Shown here one piece after another: positions 8,458 to 19,143 of a DNA stretch of 32,000 nucleotides; the stretch's first letter is position 1, and each line of letters starts with the position of its first letter. A program made the translations under genes and the position numbers. The notes under the pieces were generated by a model that made no database searches, was not told where the DNA came from, and was given only the letters and a program-made list of their open reading frames with translations. The stretch covers positions 1,500,001-1,532,000 of the forward strand of contig NC_000918.1 in the NCBI RefSeq assembly GCF_000008625.1, read 5' to 3'. Source of the stretch: Aquifex aeolicus VF5 (GTDB taxonomy: Bacteria; Aquificota; Aquificia; Aquificales; Aquificaceae).

Positions 8458-11028
8458 ATGTCCGTTGATAAAAGCAAAGCTCTTGTTCTTTGGCTCGATG
8501 AAGTTACCATTGAAGATATCCCTATAGCTGGCGGTAAGAACGCATCGTTAGGTGAGATGATAAGAAATCTCTCACCTCTTGGCGTGAAAATTCCCTATGG
8601 ATACGTCGTTACCGCAAACGCTTACTACTACTTCCTCGATTACAACAACCTGAGGGACAAAATAAGGAAGATTCTGGAGGGGTTGAACACGGACGACCTG
8701 AAGGACCTTCAGAGGAGGGGACACGAGGTAAGGGAACTTATAAGAGGGGGAACGTTTCCACCGGATTTAGAAGAAGCTATAAAGGATTATTATAATAAGC
8801 TATCGGAAAAGTACAAAACCCACGCCGTTGACGTTGCTGTTCGTTCTTCTGCAACCGCTGAGGACCTTCCGGACGCTTCCTTTGCAGGACAGCAGGAAAC
8901 TTACCTGAACGTTGTTGGTGCGGAAAATGTCCTCGTAGCTATAAAGAACTGCTTTGCATCCCTCTTTACGGACAGGGCCATCGTTTACAGGGAAAGATTC
9001 GGGTTTGACCACTTTAAGGTAGGTATAGCGGTAGGCGTTCAGAAGATGGTTCGCTCCGATATGGGAGCTTCAGGTGTTATGTTTACCCTTGATACGGAAA
9101 CAGGTTTTAAAGACGTAGTAGTAATAAACGCAGCCTACGGACTCGGTGAACTCCTCGTGAGGGGAGAAGTCACCCCGGACGAGTACATAGTGTTCAAACC
9201 CACCCTAATGAAGGGATACTCAGCGATAATAGAAAAGAAACTAGGGAGAAAAGACAGGAAGATGATTTACGGAACGGGGGACGAGAGGGTAAAGATAGTA
9301 AACGTTCCCAAGGAAGACCAGAAAAAGTTTGCACTAAACGACGACGAAATTCTACAGCTCGCAAAGTGGGGCGTCCTTATAGAAGAGCACTACTCCAAAA
9401 AGAACGGTAGATGGACACCTATGGATATTGAGTGGGCAAAAGACGGGATACTCAACGAGCTTTTTGTGGTTCAGGCGAGACCCGAAACTGTTCACTCCAG
9501 AAAGAAGGAAAACGTAGTGAAGATTTACAAGATAAAAACCCCTGAAGAGGAAAGGAAGAACAGGGTAATAGTAAAGGGGATAGCCGTAGGAGACAAGATA
9601 GCAACCGGAAAGGCGAGGGTTCTTTTTGACTTAAAAGAGGCGGACCAGTTCCAGGAAGGTGAGATACTCGTCACGGACATCACGGACCCGGACTGGGAAC
9701 CCGTAATGAAGAAAGCTGCGGCTATAGTAACTAACAGAGGAGGAAGGACTTCTCACGCGGCGATAGTCGCAAGGGAACTGGGAATTCCTGCAGTTGTGGG
9801 AACGGGAAACGCAACCGAAAAGATAAAAACGGGAGAAGAAATAACCGTATCCTGCGCAGAAGGTGAAACGGGATACGTCTACGAAGGTAAGATAGACTAT
9901 GAAGTAGAAGAGATAAACCTTGAAAACATTCCAAAGCCAAAAACAAAGATAATGATGAACATAGGAAATCCCGAGTCCGCCTTCAGGTACGCATCACTGC
10001 CAAACGACGGGGTGGGATTGGCAAGGGAAGAATTCATAATAGCAAACTACATAAAGATACACCCCCTTGCACTGCTCCACTACGAGGACCTCAAAGAACT
10101 CTACGAGAAACTGGAGAGGGAAAACCTAATAGACGAAAAAGGCTTTGTCCAGTTTAAACTCATTTACCACTACGCAAACGGAAGGCTTGCAAATAAACTC
10201 GCAAAGGGCAAAGACAAACTCAGGGTTAACTTGAGGAAGATACTTCAGGACATAGAAAACCTGACCTTCGGTTACGAGGACAAGGCGACCTACTACATAA
10301 AGAAACTCTCTTACGGTATAGCGAAAATAGCGGCTGCTTTTTACCCAAATCCTGTAATAGTGAGATTTTCCGACTTCAAGTCTAACGAGTACGCAAACCT
10401 TATCGGCGGAATTCTCTTTGAACCTGAAGAAGAGAACCCAATGCTCGGTTGGAGGGGAGCGTCAAGGTATTACTCTGACGTCTTTAAGGAAGCCTTCGGA
10501 ATGGAGTGCAAGGCGATTATCAGAGTTAGGAACAAGATGGGACTCACCAACACAAAAGTTATGATACCCTTCTGCAGGACACCCGAGGAAGGAGAAAAGG
10601 TCCTTCAGGTAATGGAAGAGTATGGACTCAGAAAAGGGGAAAATGGACTGGAAGTTTACGTTATGGCAGAACTTCCCAGCAACATTGTCCTTGCTGACAG
10701 ATACGCTCAGATATTTGACGGTTTCTCTATAGGTTCTAACGACCTCACTCAGCTCACTTTGGGACTGGACAGGGATTCTGAACTCGTGGCACACCTCTAC
10801 GACGAAAGGAACGAGGCTGTAAAAAGGCTCATCGCTCAACTCATAAAAACAGCAAAGGAGTACGGCAGGAAAGTGGGAATATGCGGTCAGGCTCCTTCGG
10901 ACTTTCCGGAATTCGCTCAGTTTCTCGTTGAACAGGGAATAGACAGTATATCCCTCAACCCAGACTCCGTACTCAAGACCATGCTCGCGGTAGTAGAAAT
11001 GGAGAAAAAACTCGGAGTCCTTAAATGA
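8458..11028 (+). CDS. ppsA: Phosphoenolpyruvate synthase (pyruvate, water dikinase)
   Basis: ATP-grasp N-terminal domain, phosphohistidine motif [21 protein letters not shown] and C-terminal GSNDLTQ. GGAGGG Shine-Dalgarno upstream. Confidence 0.95.
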
Positions 11029-11921
11029 AACTCCTAGAGAAGATAAAGGAAAGGACAAAAGGTTTCCGTTTACCTTCCCTTTCTCTCTCCCCTAAAACTT
11101 CACTTTCCGTTTTCCTAACTCCTGAATTCGTCCGAATAATGGAAGTAGACAGAGAAGGTAATAACACATTTGAACCAGTAGAAGTAGACCTTTCGGGAAA
11201 GAGCGAAACAGAAAGACTGAACCTATTGGCTGAAAAGGTCAATGAACTCGGTATAAGGGGAAAGGTAGCCCACACCTGCATAACCGCGAGAAACGGAATT
11301 TTAAAGGTTCAAAAATTCCCCTCTACTTTAGGAAAGAAAGAGCTTCAGGAAGCTATAGACACGATGATAAACATAGAAAAGGAAAACCTGAAAGAGGAAA
11401 GCATTTACGATTACTTCATTCAGGAAACGGAAGACAAGAAATTCAAGATAGTGTACTTAGTCCTTGTGAGAAAACTCGCCTACGAAAACCTCAAAAAATT
11501 CCTGGAAGGTGCTGGACTCAGACTCGGTATAGTGGACTTTGAAATTACTACGCTTGTGAACGCTGGGCTCCATTTAAATCTGAAAATTCCTTTTGCGATA
11601 CTTTACGTTGACTTTCACGAAAGTATTTTTCTTTACTACACAGACCAGAGCTTGACGTATAACGTCCTGAACTTTTCCTTCAGGGAATACCTGGAAACCA
11701 AGGAAGAATTTATATTAGAAGATTTCTTCATAGAGGTTAAAAATCAACTCATAATAAACGAGGTTAGTACCCTTTACCTTGCCGGAAAAGCGGTTGAGTA
11801 CGATGAGGTTTTGGATAAAATCCTTACGAACCTTCCCATACTCAGTCCTTTAGAACCGCCTAATGCGTCAGCATCTTTTTTAATCCCGTATATTCTATGT
11901 ATGAGGGGGTTTGAGGGATAA
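11025..11921 (+). CDS. PilM-like type IV pilus assembly protein (diverged, actin-like fold)
   Basis: By-eye similarity to PilM blocks ([26 protein letters not shown]...EESIYDY; [18 protein letters not shown]). ATGA overlap with the ppsA stop. Confidence 0.5.
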
Positions 11922-12571
11922 TGGCTAATAAACGTAAAGAGTTTATAAAATTAAACCTTAACAAAGAAAGAAAGGCTTTTATAGAACTCAGAGGAATAAA
12001 CTTAGAATTGTTAAAGGAGTTCTTGAGTTCTAACGTACTCCCTTTGACGTTTATCGGTAGCCTTTTGATATTAATTCTTACGATTGTTTACTACTTCACT
12101 CTGTCAGGATCAGTGAATGAATTAAAAAATGAAATTTCAAAGGAAAAATCTAAAAAGGAAAGGCTACTTTCAGAAATAAAAAGGTTAGAAGAACTGAAAA
12201 AAACTCTGGAAACTAAGAAGGCAATATACGAAGTCGTAAAAATTTACAACGATATGGTGATAAAAATCTTGGAAAATCCCGTAAACTTGCCTTACGGATA
12301 CTCCCTTCAGAACTTCTCCTTGTGTGCTTTCAGGTTTAAAAACTGTGATATACAAGAAAAACTGAATAAAGACAAGAGCTTTTCCCTTGACAAACCTATA
12401 GCTCAGCTGGATTTGGTTCTCTTCAACAGGAAACTTGAAAATTACATCCCACCCGACAGCATAAGGAAGTTTACGTACGTAGTTATAGACAACTTGCCCT
12501 ACAGAAGGGTTTGCATAGAACCCGATTACGAAAGGCTCTTAGCTGAGAAAGGGCATAGAAAGGAAGAGTAA
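11921..12571 (+). CDS. PilN/PilO-like bitopic protein (N-terminal cytoplasmic peptide, TM helix, coiled coil)
   Basis: KLNLNKERK resembles the PilN INLLP-type N-terminus. It is followed by one TM helix ([20 protein letters not shown]) and a heptad-rich segment. It abuts the PilM-like gene. Confidence 0.45.
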   Translation: MANKRKEFIKLNLNKERKAFIELRGINLELLKEFLSSNVLPLTFIGSLLILILTIVYYFTLSGSVNELKNEISKEKSKKERLLSEIKRLEELKKTLETKKAIYEVVKIYNDMVIKILENPVNLPYGYSLQNFSLCAFRFKNCDIQEKLNKDKSFSLDKPIAQLDLVLFNRKLENYIPPDSIRKFTYVVIDNLPYRRVCIEPDYERLLAEKGHRKEE

Positions 12572-12590
12572 AAGTTATTACCCTTTCCTT

Positions 12591-14669
12591 ATGGAAAAGA
12601 AACCCAACAGACTCATAAAGGAAAAGAGTCCATACCTCAGACAACACGCTTATAATCCCGTTGACTGGTACCCCTGGGGTGAGGAAGCCTTTAAGAAGGC
12701 TAAAGAGGAAGACAAGCCCATATTCCTCTCAATAGGGTACTCCACGTGTCACTGGTGTCACGTTATGGAAAAGGAGAGTTTTGAGGACCCAGAAATAGCC
12801 GAAATTCTTAACAATTACTTCGTTCCTATAAAGGTTGACCGTGAAGAAAGGCCCGACGTTGACGCTTTTTACATGAGCGTGTGTCAGGCTATGACGGGAA
12901 CGGGCGGGTGGCCTCTTACGATAATAATGACACCCGATAAAGAACCTTTCTTTGCAGGAACCTACATACCTAAGGAAGGAATGTTCGGAAGACCAGGACT
13001 CAGGGACTTACTCTTAACGATAAGGGAACTCTGGGAAAAGGACAGGACGAAAATCCTGAATACCGCTAAACACCTAGTGAAAGCCCTTCAAGAAGCGTCA
13101 AGGGAAACCCAAAAAGCCCAGATAGGTGAGGAAACTATACACAGGGCATTTTCGGAATTGTTTTCTTCATACGACGAGCATTTCGGAGGATTCGGCTCCG
13201 CTCCCAAATTCCCTACTCCCCACAACTTAATGTTTTTAGGGAGGTACTACTACAGGTATAAAAGGGAACAGGCTCTGAAGATGATAGAAAAGACTCTCAC
13301 AAATATGCGCATGGGAGGGATATACGACCACGTAGGCTTTGGTTTCCATAGATATTCAACCGATAGAGAATGGATACTCCCTCACTTTGAGAAGATGCTC
13401 TACGACCAGGCAATGCTCCTTTTCGCTTACACAGAGGGATATCAGCTTTTAAAGAAAGATCTGTTTAAACAAACAGTTTACGAGATCGTTGATTTCCTTA
13501 AAAGGGATATGCTCTCTCCGGAAGGTGCCTTTTACTCGGCGTGGGATGCGGACAGCGAAGGTGAGGAAGGTAAGTTCTACACGTGGAGTTTTGAAGAATT
13601 AAAAGAAGTACTTGATCCCGAAGAACTGGAACTTGCAGTGAAAGTGTTCAACCTCTCTCAGGAGGGAAATTACCTTGAGGAGGCCACAAAGGTCAAAACG
13701 GGAAGAAACGTCCTTTACATAGGAAAATCCTACGAAGAACTGGCAAAAGAACTCGGAATTTCTGAGAAAGAGTTAAAGGAAAAGCTTGAAAGGATTAGGA
13801 AAAAACTTTTCGAAGCGAGAGAAAAGAGGGTAAAACCCTTAAGAGATGAGAAGATACTCACCGACTGGAACGGCTTGACGATAGCAGCACTTTCATACGC
13901 GGGTAAAGTGTTCGGAGAAAAGGAATGGATAGATTTAGCAAAAGGTGCGGCGGACTTCGTCCTGAAAAATATGAGAACGGAAAATGGTTTACTCCTTCAC
14001 AGGTACATGGAAGGAGAAGCCAAGTACTGGGGTTTTCTGGAAGATTACGCTTACTTTATATGGGGACTGATGGAACTCTACGAGGCTACACTAGACTCAA
14101 AATACTTAGAAGAAGTTATTAAACTTCAGGAAATTCAGATAAAGCATTTCTGGGATAAGGAGAACGGAGGATTTTTCCAAACTCCCGACTTTTTCACTGA
14201 AATACCTGTAAGGAAAAAAGAAGTTTACGACGGAGCAATTCCTTCTGGAAATTCAGTCTCGGCTTATAATCTCATAAGGCTTGGAAGGTTAATTTCACGA
14301 AGCGAATACGAGAAATACGGGACAAAAACCCTTGAAGCCTTTTCATGGGAAATAGCTAACTTCCCTTCAGCTCACACATTTTCAATAATAGCTTTAGACC
14401 TTATCGTAAACGGAACTAAGGAGTTGGTAATAGTCCCTACAGATGACTCATGGAGGAATTTAAAGGCTCAACTGGATAAGGAGTATTTACCAGACCTGCT
14501 GATACTGAAAAAAGACAAGGTTATAGAAAAACTTTCAGAAAACTTGGAACAAATGAAACCTGTAGAAGGAAAAACTACTTATTACCTGTGCAGAAATTAC
14601 ACCTGTGAAAGCCCACAGATACAATCAGATAAAGTATTAGAAAGGATAAAAGGGAAAGGAAAGGGTTAG
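12591..14669 (+). CDS. Thioredoxin-domain protein of the DUF255/YyaL family (Trx-like N-domain plus alpha/alpha-barrel)
   Basis: N-terminal [29 protein letters not shown] and [10 protein letters not shown] motifs characteristic of YyaL-like proteins. 692 aa. Confidence 0.85.
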   Translation: MEKKPNRLIKEKSPYLRQHAYNPVDWYPWGEEAFKKAKEEDKPIFLSIGYSTCHWCHVMEKESFEDPEIAEILNNYFVPIKVDREERPDVDAFYMSVCQAMTGTGGWPLTIIMTPDKEPFFAGTYIPKEGMFGRPGLRDLLLTIRELWEKDRTKILNTAKHLVKALQEASRETQKAQIGEETIHRAFSELFSSYDEHFGGFGSAPKFPTPHNLMFLGRYYYRYKREQALKMIEKTLTNMRMGGIYDHVGFGFHRYSTDREWILPHFEKMLYDQAMLLFAYTEGYQLLKKDLFKQTVYEIVDFLKRDMLSPEGAFYSAWDADSEGEEGKFYTWSFEELKEVLDPEELELAVKVFNLSQEGNYLEEATKVKTGRNVLYIGKSYEELAKELGISEKELKEKLERIRKKLFEAREKRVKPLRDEKILTDWNGLTIAALSYAGKVFGEKEWIDLAKGAADFVLKNMRTENGLLLHRYMEGEAKYWGFLEDYAYFIWGLMELYEATLDSKYLEEVIKLQEIQIKHFWDKENGGFFQTPDFFTEIPVRKKEVYDGAIPSGNSVSAYNLIRLGRLISRSEYEKYGTKTLEAFSWEIANFPSAHTFSIIALDLIVNGTKELVIVPTDDSWRNLKAQLDKEYLPDLLILKKDKVIEKLSENLEQMKPVEGKTTYYLCRNYTCESPQIQSDKVLERIKGKGKG

Positions 14670-15262
14670 TAGAGAACGATTACGTCCACCGCCCTTTGTT
14701 CGGGGTGCCTTTCCCCTATTAAATTTGCAAGCTCTTCACCGTAGGAAGCTATCCTTACTTTTTCAACGGGTATTCCGTTCTTTATAAGGTATGCGGCAAC
14801 GTTTTGAGCCCTCTTCATAGAAAGTTCAAAGTTGTAACCTCTCGTTCCTCTGGGATCAGCGTATCCAACTACTATAACTTTTTTGATGTCCTTATCCCTT
14901 ACAGCGTCTATAAGTTCATCGAGTGTAGCTTTAGCGTCATCTCTCAAAGTGAACTTATTGGAATCAAAGTAAACTCTGACCTGTTCCTTTCCGGTGATTT
15001 TGAGTTTTTCTATTTCCGCTCTGATTTCTTCATGCTCTCTTCTGAGGGAATCTACATCACTTTCAAGTGCAGATACTCTCTTGTCAAGATTTGCGATGTT
15101 TTCCTTGTTAATTTCTATTTGTTTCATATAATCCCCATAACACTTATCGATCAGGTATTTTGAGAATGCAGCCTTAGAATCCTTACAGGGATCTTCGGTT
15201 TTTACACCACAGCCAGCTAAAACTATACTTCCTGCAATTCCAGCGATCAGAATTTTCTTCAT
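14666..15262 (-). CDS. OmpA-family lipoprotein (Pal-like) with a coiled-coil linker
   Basis: Lipobox LAGC after [15 protein letters not shown]-terminal OmpA motif [30 protein letters not shown] 15262 is preferred over 15277 because GGAGGTGGG lies 5 nt upstream of it. Confidence 0.85.
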   Translation of the reverse strand: MKKILIAGIAGSIVLAGCGVKTEDPCKDSKAAFSKYLIDKCYGDYMKQIEINKENIANLDKRVSALESDVDSLRREHEEIRAEIEKLKITGKEQVRVYFDSNKFTLRDDAKATLDELIDAVRDKDIKKVIVVGYADPRGTRGYNFELSMKRAQNVAAYLIKNGIPVEKVRIASYGEELANLIGERHPEQRAVDVIVLY

Positions 15263-15300
15263 TTTTCCCACCTCCATTATTGAGAAAAAGATCTACTATT

Positions 15301-15329
15301 AGTATATAGCTTTTAAATCTTGCTGTCAA
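15301..15329 (-). promoter_or_regulatory. Sigma70-type promoter TTGACA -17 nt- TATACT for the OmpA-family lipoprotein gene (leadered)
   Basis: The reverse complement of 15324-15329 is TTGACA and of 15301-15306 is TATACT, with an exact 17-nt spacer. About 30 nt of 5' UTR carries the Shine-Dalgarno. Confidence 0.6.
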
Positions 15330-15346
15330 ATTATTTGATAGTTATA

Positions 15347-15422
15347 TGGTGAGCCGGGCGGGACTCGAACCCGCGACCCACGGCTTAAAAGGCCGTTGCT
15401 CTACCAACTGAGCTACCGGCTC
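15347..15422 (-). tRNA. tRNA-Lys (anticodon UUU), 3' CCA encoded
   Basis: Manual cloverleaf of 76 nt: acceptor GAGCCGG/CCGGCTC, anticodon stem ACGGC/GCCGT, loop CTTTTAA, T-loop TTCGAGT, terminal ACCA. Confidence 0.95.
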
Positions 15423-15435
15423 TTAGCAGCTCAAC

Positions 15436-15511
15436 TGGTGGAGCGGAGGGGACTCGAACCCCCGACCTCCGACATGCCATATCGGCGCTCTCCCAGCTGA
15501 GCTACCGCCCC
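15436..15511 (-). tRNA. tRNA-Ala (anticodon GGC), 3' CCA encoded
   Basis: Manual cloverleaf of 76 nt: acceptor GGGGCGG/CCGCTCC with the G3:U70 alanine identity pair, anticodon loop ATGGCAT, T-loop TTCGAGT, terminal ACCA. Confidence 0.95.
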
Positions 15512-15527
15512 TACTGACAGAATAGAA

Positions 15528-15556
15528 ATTATAATCCTTTTAAATGAAGGTTTCAA
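15528..15556 (-). promoter_or_regulatory. Near-consensus promoter TTGAAA -17 nt- TATAAT driving tRNA-Ala and tRNA-Lys
   Basis: The reverse complement of 15551-15556 is TTGAAA and of 15528-15533 is TATAAT, with a 17-nt spacer. The tRNA-Ala 5' end lies 16 nt downstream of the -10. Confidence 0.65.
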
Positions 15557-15567
15557 GTATCTATAAT
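15539..15567 (+). promoter_or_regulatory. Candidate promoter TTTAAA -17 nt- TATAAT, 7 nt upstream of the gatC ATG (leaderless configuration)
   Basis: TATAAT at 15562-15567, spacer acatact, ATG at 15575. No Shine-Dalgarno. Confidence 0.5.
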
Positions 15568-15574
15568 ACATACT

Positions 15575-15859
15575 ATGGTTGACAGGGAGTGGGTTTTAAA
15601 GATAGCTAAACTAGCAAGGCTGGAGCTAAAAGAAGAAGAAATAGAGGTATTCCAGAAACAGCTCTCGGATATACTGGATTTCATTGATCAACTCAAGGAA
15701 CTTGACACGGAAAATGTAGAACCCTATATTCAAGAATTCGAAGAAACTCCCATGAGGGAAGATGAACCCCATCCTTCCCTCGACAGGGAAAAAGCTTTGA
15801 TGAACGCCCCAGAGAGGAAGGATGGGTTCTTCGTAGTTCCCAGAGTTGTGGAGGTTTAG
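15575..15859 (+). CDS. gatC: Asp/Glu-tRNA(Asn/Gln) amidotransferase subunit C
   Basis: 94 aa. [31 protein letters not shown] is typical of GatC. Confidence 0.9.
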   Translation: MVDREWVLKIAKLARLELKEEEIEVFQKQLSDILDFIDQLKELDTENVEPYIQEFEETPMREDEPHPSLDREKALMNAPERKDGFFVVPRVVEV

Positions 15860-15860
15860 T

Positions 15861-16907
15861 ATGGCAAGGATGTCCGAGAACTTATCTGAGAAGAAGAAGG
15901 CTTTAGAAGTTGCACTTTCAAACATCGAAAAACGTTTCGGTAAAGGGGCAGTTATGCCCCTCAAATCCGTTGAAAAGGTTCAGGTAGAAACAATACCCAC
16001 CGGATCACTGGCTCTCGACATAGCAACGGGAGTGGGAGGAATCCCGAAGGGAAGAATTACGGAAATCTTCGGCGTTGAGAGTTCAGGAAAGACTACACTA
16101 GCCCTCCATGTCATAGCGGAAGCCCAAAAGAGGGGAGGAGTTGCGGTATTCATAGACGCGGAACACGCCCTTGATCCGAAGTACGCCAAAAAACTTGGAG
16201 TTGACGTTGAAAACTTGTACATCTCACAACCAGACTATGGTGAACAGGCTCTGGAAATAGCAGAAAGCTTAATAAACAGTGGTGCGGTGGACGTAATAGT
16301 TGTAGACTCGGTTGCAGCTCTTGTTCCGAAAGACGAACTCGAAGGAGAAATGGGTGAAGCACAGGTCGGAAAACAGGCAAGGCTTATGTCTCAGGCTCTC
16401 AGAAAGCTAAAAGGAGCTGTTCACAAAAGCAATACTGCATTAATATTTATCAACCAAATAAGAGAAAAAATAGGTGTAATGTTTGGAAACCCTGAGACAA
16501 CACCCGGAGGAAGGGCACTAAAGTTCTTCTCAGATATGAGACTTGAAGTAAGGAGACTGGGAGACGTAAAAGAAGGCGGAGAAAAAAAGGGCTACAGGGT
16601 AAAAGTGAGAGTAGTTAAAAACAAACTTGCACCGCCTTTCCAGGAAGCGGAGTTTGACATAATCTACGGTGAAGGTATATGTAAACTATGTGATCTGATA
16701 GAAGTTGCAACTAATTTGGGAATTTTTACAAAGAGCGGTTCCTGGTACAGTTACGGTGATAAGAGACTTGGTCAAGGCAAGGAGCAAGTGAAAAAGTACC
16801 TTCAAGAACACCCCGAATTAATTGATGAAATAGATCAAAAAGTAAGGGAGGCTGCAGGACTTGCTGGATCAAATATTGAGGAAAGCACTGGAGAAGAAGG
16901 CAAGTGA
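15861..16907 (+). CDS. recA: Recombinase A
   Basis: Walker [20 protein letters not shown] and the L1/L2 regions. ATG 15861 is preceded by GGAGGT. The track start GTG 15846 would overlap gatC. Confidence 0.95.
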   Translation: MARMSENLSEKKKALEVALSNIEKRFGKGAVMPLKSVEKVQVETIPTGSLALDIATGVGGIPKGRITEIFGVESSGKTTLALHVIAEAQKRGGVAVFIDAEHALDPKYAKKLGVDVENLYISQPDYGEQALEIAESLINSGAVDVIVVDSVAALVPKDELEGEMGEAQVGKQARLMSQALRKLKGAVHKSNTALIFINQIREKIGVMFGNPETTPGGRALKFFSDMRLEVRRLGDVKEGGEKKGYRVKVRVVKNKLAPPFQEAEFDIIYGEGICKLCDLIEVATNLGIFTKSGSWYSYGDKRLGQGKEQVKKYLQEHPELIDEIDQKVREAAGLAGSNIEESTGEEGK

Positions 16908-17973
16908 TATACATCTAAAAGTTGGATCTAAACCTGTAATCAGAACACCTGATGGGCTAGACACTCTTGAAGAGTTCCCCCCTATTGACATTGATCTTTT
17001 TGAGGTATTTGTTAAAGAAATACTTGAACATCATCCTAAAAAGAAAAAAGAACTTGAAGAACAAGGGCAGGTTGACCTCTCCTACGCTATCCCTAAGGTT
17101 TCCCGCTTCAGGGTAAACCTTTACAAACAAAGAGGAACCTACGCTATGGCCCTCAGGGTCATACCCTTCGACATTCCCGAATTCAAAAAATTAAACTTAC
17201 CGCCGGTAATGCTCCAAACTGCTCTCAAACATTCAGCAGGAATGATACTCGTTACCGGACCCACGGGTTCAGGTAAGTCTACAACCATAGCTTCGATAAT
17301 AAACGAAATAAACAAACGCTTGAGTAGAGTGATAATTACAATTGAAGATCCAATAGAGTACCTCTTTAAAGATATACAGTCTTTTATAGCACAAAGAGAA
17401 GTAGGGTGGGATACTGAAAGTTTCTTCCTGGGTTTAAGGGCTGCTCTCAGAGAGGACCCGGACATAATATTTGTCGGAGAAATAAGAGACACGGAGACGG
17501 CCAAAACTGCACTCCACGCTGCAGAAACAGGACACTTAGTATTCTCTACACTGCACACACTCGACGCAGTTGAAACTATAAACAGGTTCATAGGTATGTT
17601 TCCATTGGAGCACAGAGATCAAATAAGACAGATGCTCGCCTCCACGCTTATAGCCGTGTACTCCCAGAGGTTAGTGTCCAAAAAAAATGGTGGAGGTAAA
17701 GTTCCTGTAGTAGAAATAATGATAATGACACAAACTATAAGGGAAGCCATACTCGAAAACAGACCACAGGACATCCCTGAACTCATAGAAAAGGGAAGAT
17801 TAGTGTACGGTTCTCAAACCTTTGACCAGCATCTCGAAGAACTATACAGAAAAGGCTTAATAGATCTAGAAACCGCACTCCTTTACGCAAGAAGACCTGC
17901 AGATCTCGAGCTAAGGCTGAAAGGTATATCCACCGATGAAGATATTATAGAAGGTGATAATTACTTAACATGA
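16861..17973 (+). CDS. pilT: Type IV pilus retraction ATPase PilT (twitching motility protein)
   Basis: ASDIHL N-terminal motif, Walker [10 protein letters not shown] and His box [13 protein letters not shown] start at 16861 is preceded by GGGAGG at 16846-16851. The start lies 47 nt inside recA. Confidence 0.9.
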
Positions 17974-18638
17974 AGATAGCCATAGACGGACCTTCAGCGA
18001 GCGGAAAAAGTACCGTTGCCAAAATAATCTCACAAAAATTAAACATTCCTTACTTAGAAACTGGTTTAGTATACAGAACTTACGCCTACGTTTCACTTAA
18101 GTTCAAAGTCCCTATTCAAGACATAGATAAACTCTTTAGTCTTCCCGTTAAAGTTGTGCCTAAAATCGGAAAGACAGAAGTTTATATTGAGGGAAAGCCG
18201 GTTAACGAAGAAGACTTAAGGAGTGAAGAAGTAGGAAAAAGGGCATCCGAACTCGGTTCTATCCCCGAATTCAGGGAGAGAATTAATAAACTCTTCAAGG
18301 AGATAATAAACAACAAACAGATGGTAGTTGAGGGAAGGGACGCAGGAACTCACATAATCCCAGAAGCACCTGTTAAGGTTTTCATAACAGCCTCTCCTGA
18401 GGAGAGGGCAAAGAGAAGGTACGAACAACTAAAAGAGCTGGGATACGAGGTTTCCTTTGAAGAAATACTCCAGAAAATACTGGAAAGGGATAAAAGAGAC
18501 ATGGAAAGACCAAAGTACCCCTTCAAGCCTGCAGAAGATGCCGTTATTATAGATACGACCAGAAAAAGCGTTGAAGAAGTGGTCGAAGAAGTCTTAAAGA
18601 TTATCCATGAACGTTCCCAATCTGCTGAGCTTATCTAG
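17970..18638 (+). CDS. cmk: Cytidylate kinase
   Basis: IAIDGPSASGKSTVAK P-loop and overall CMP kinase pattern. ATGA overlap with the pilT stop. Confidence 0.9.
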   Translation: MKIAIDGPSASGKSTVAKIISQKLNIPYLETGLVYRTYAYVSLKFKVPIQDIDKLFSLPVKVVPKIGKTEVYIEGKPVNEEDLRSEEVGKRASELGSIPEFRERINKLFKEIINNKQMVVEGRDAGTHIIPEAPVKVFITASPEERAKRRYEQLKELGYEVSFEEILQKILERDKRDMERPKYPFKPAEDAVIIDTTRKSVEEVVEEVLKIIHERSQSAELI

Positions 18639-19143
18639 ACTCATACTTTCCCCCTTAATTCTTTACTTCGTTTTAGAAGAAAATTACTTAAGTTCTTTAG
18701 TCTTAGTCCTTTTTTTAGCTTTAATGGATTTTCTCGACGGATTTTTTGCAAGAAAGTTAAACCAGAGTACCAGAATGGGGAAAATTCTGGACCCTTTAGC
18801 GGATAAAGTATTTACTTTCTTCTCACTCCTTTCTTACACCTTCTTTTCAAAAGAAAGATTAAATCCTTTGATATTTTTTCTGCTTTTGGGAAGGGATATA
18901 ACTTTAATAATTGGGGGAATATTTCTAATAAAAAGGAAATTTACCCCTGAACCATCAATCTACGGAAAATTCACGACACTTTTCGTGTCTTTGAGTCTTT
19001 TGAGTGTCGGGATTTTAAACGTTTACGATGTGAATTTTTTACGGATTTTGACAAATGTTTTAGAAATCGTTTCATTAATCCTGATACTTGTATCCTGGGT
19101 GGATTACACACTTAAGGGCTTTAAAATGATTTTTAAGGAATGA
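18607..19143 (+). CDS. pgsA: CDP-alcohol phosphatidyltransferase (PgsA-like)
   Basis: DFLDGFFARKLNQSTRMGKILDPLADK matches the DG(x)2AR(x)8G(x)3D(x)3D motif. Multi-TM protein. Confidence 0.85.
   Translation: MNVPNLLSLSRLILSPLILYFVLEENYLSSLVLVLFLALMDFLDGFFARKLNQSTRMGKILDPLADKVFTFFSLLSYTFFSKERLNPLIFFLLLGRDITLIIGGIFLIKRKFTPEPSIYGKFTTLFVSLSLLSVGILNVYDVNFLRILTNVLEIVSLILILVSWVDYTLKGFKMIFKE

Noticed and set aside
10090-10272. Extra length of PpsA considered as an intein.
   Set aside because: The segment is far too short (about 45 aa). It lacks an N-terminal Cys/Ser, a C-terminal His-Asn followed by Cys/Ser/Thr, and endonuclease blocks.
10462-11058. 198-aa minus-strand ORF inside ppsA. Similar long antisense ORFs occur at 17139-17591, 3764-4174, 2702-3169, 23562-23969, 23717-24082, 26744-27220, 27623-27976, 14804-15163 and 15626-15964.
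   Set aside because: Each lies entirely within, and antisense to, a confidently recognised gene. Their translations are low-complexity (Ser/Leu/Phe/Pro-rich) and have no motifs. Strong purine bias on the coding strand depletes stop codons in the antisense frames, producing shadow ORFs.
15846-15860. ORF-track start codons upstream of better starts: recA GTG 15846, HIT 22790, upp 24049, hypothetical 3157, lipoprotein 15277.
   Set aside because: Each extension adds non-conserved residues and either overlaps the upstream gene or contains the Shine-Dalgarno for a downstream ATG. Those ATGs begin the recognisable protein: MARMSEN, MKILWAPW, MIVELSHP, MRLYGIP, and MKKIL with its lipobox.
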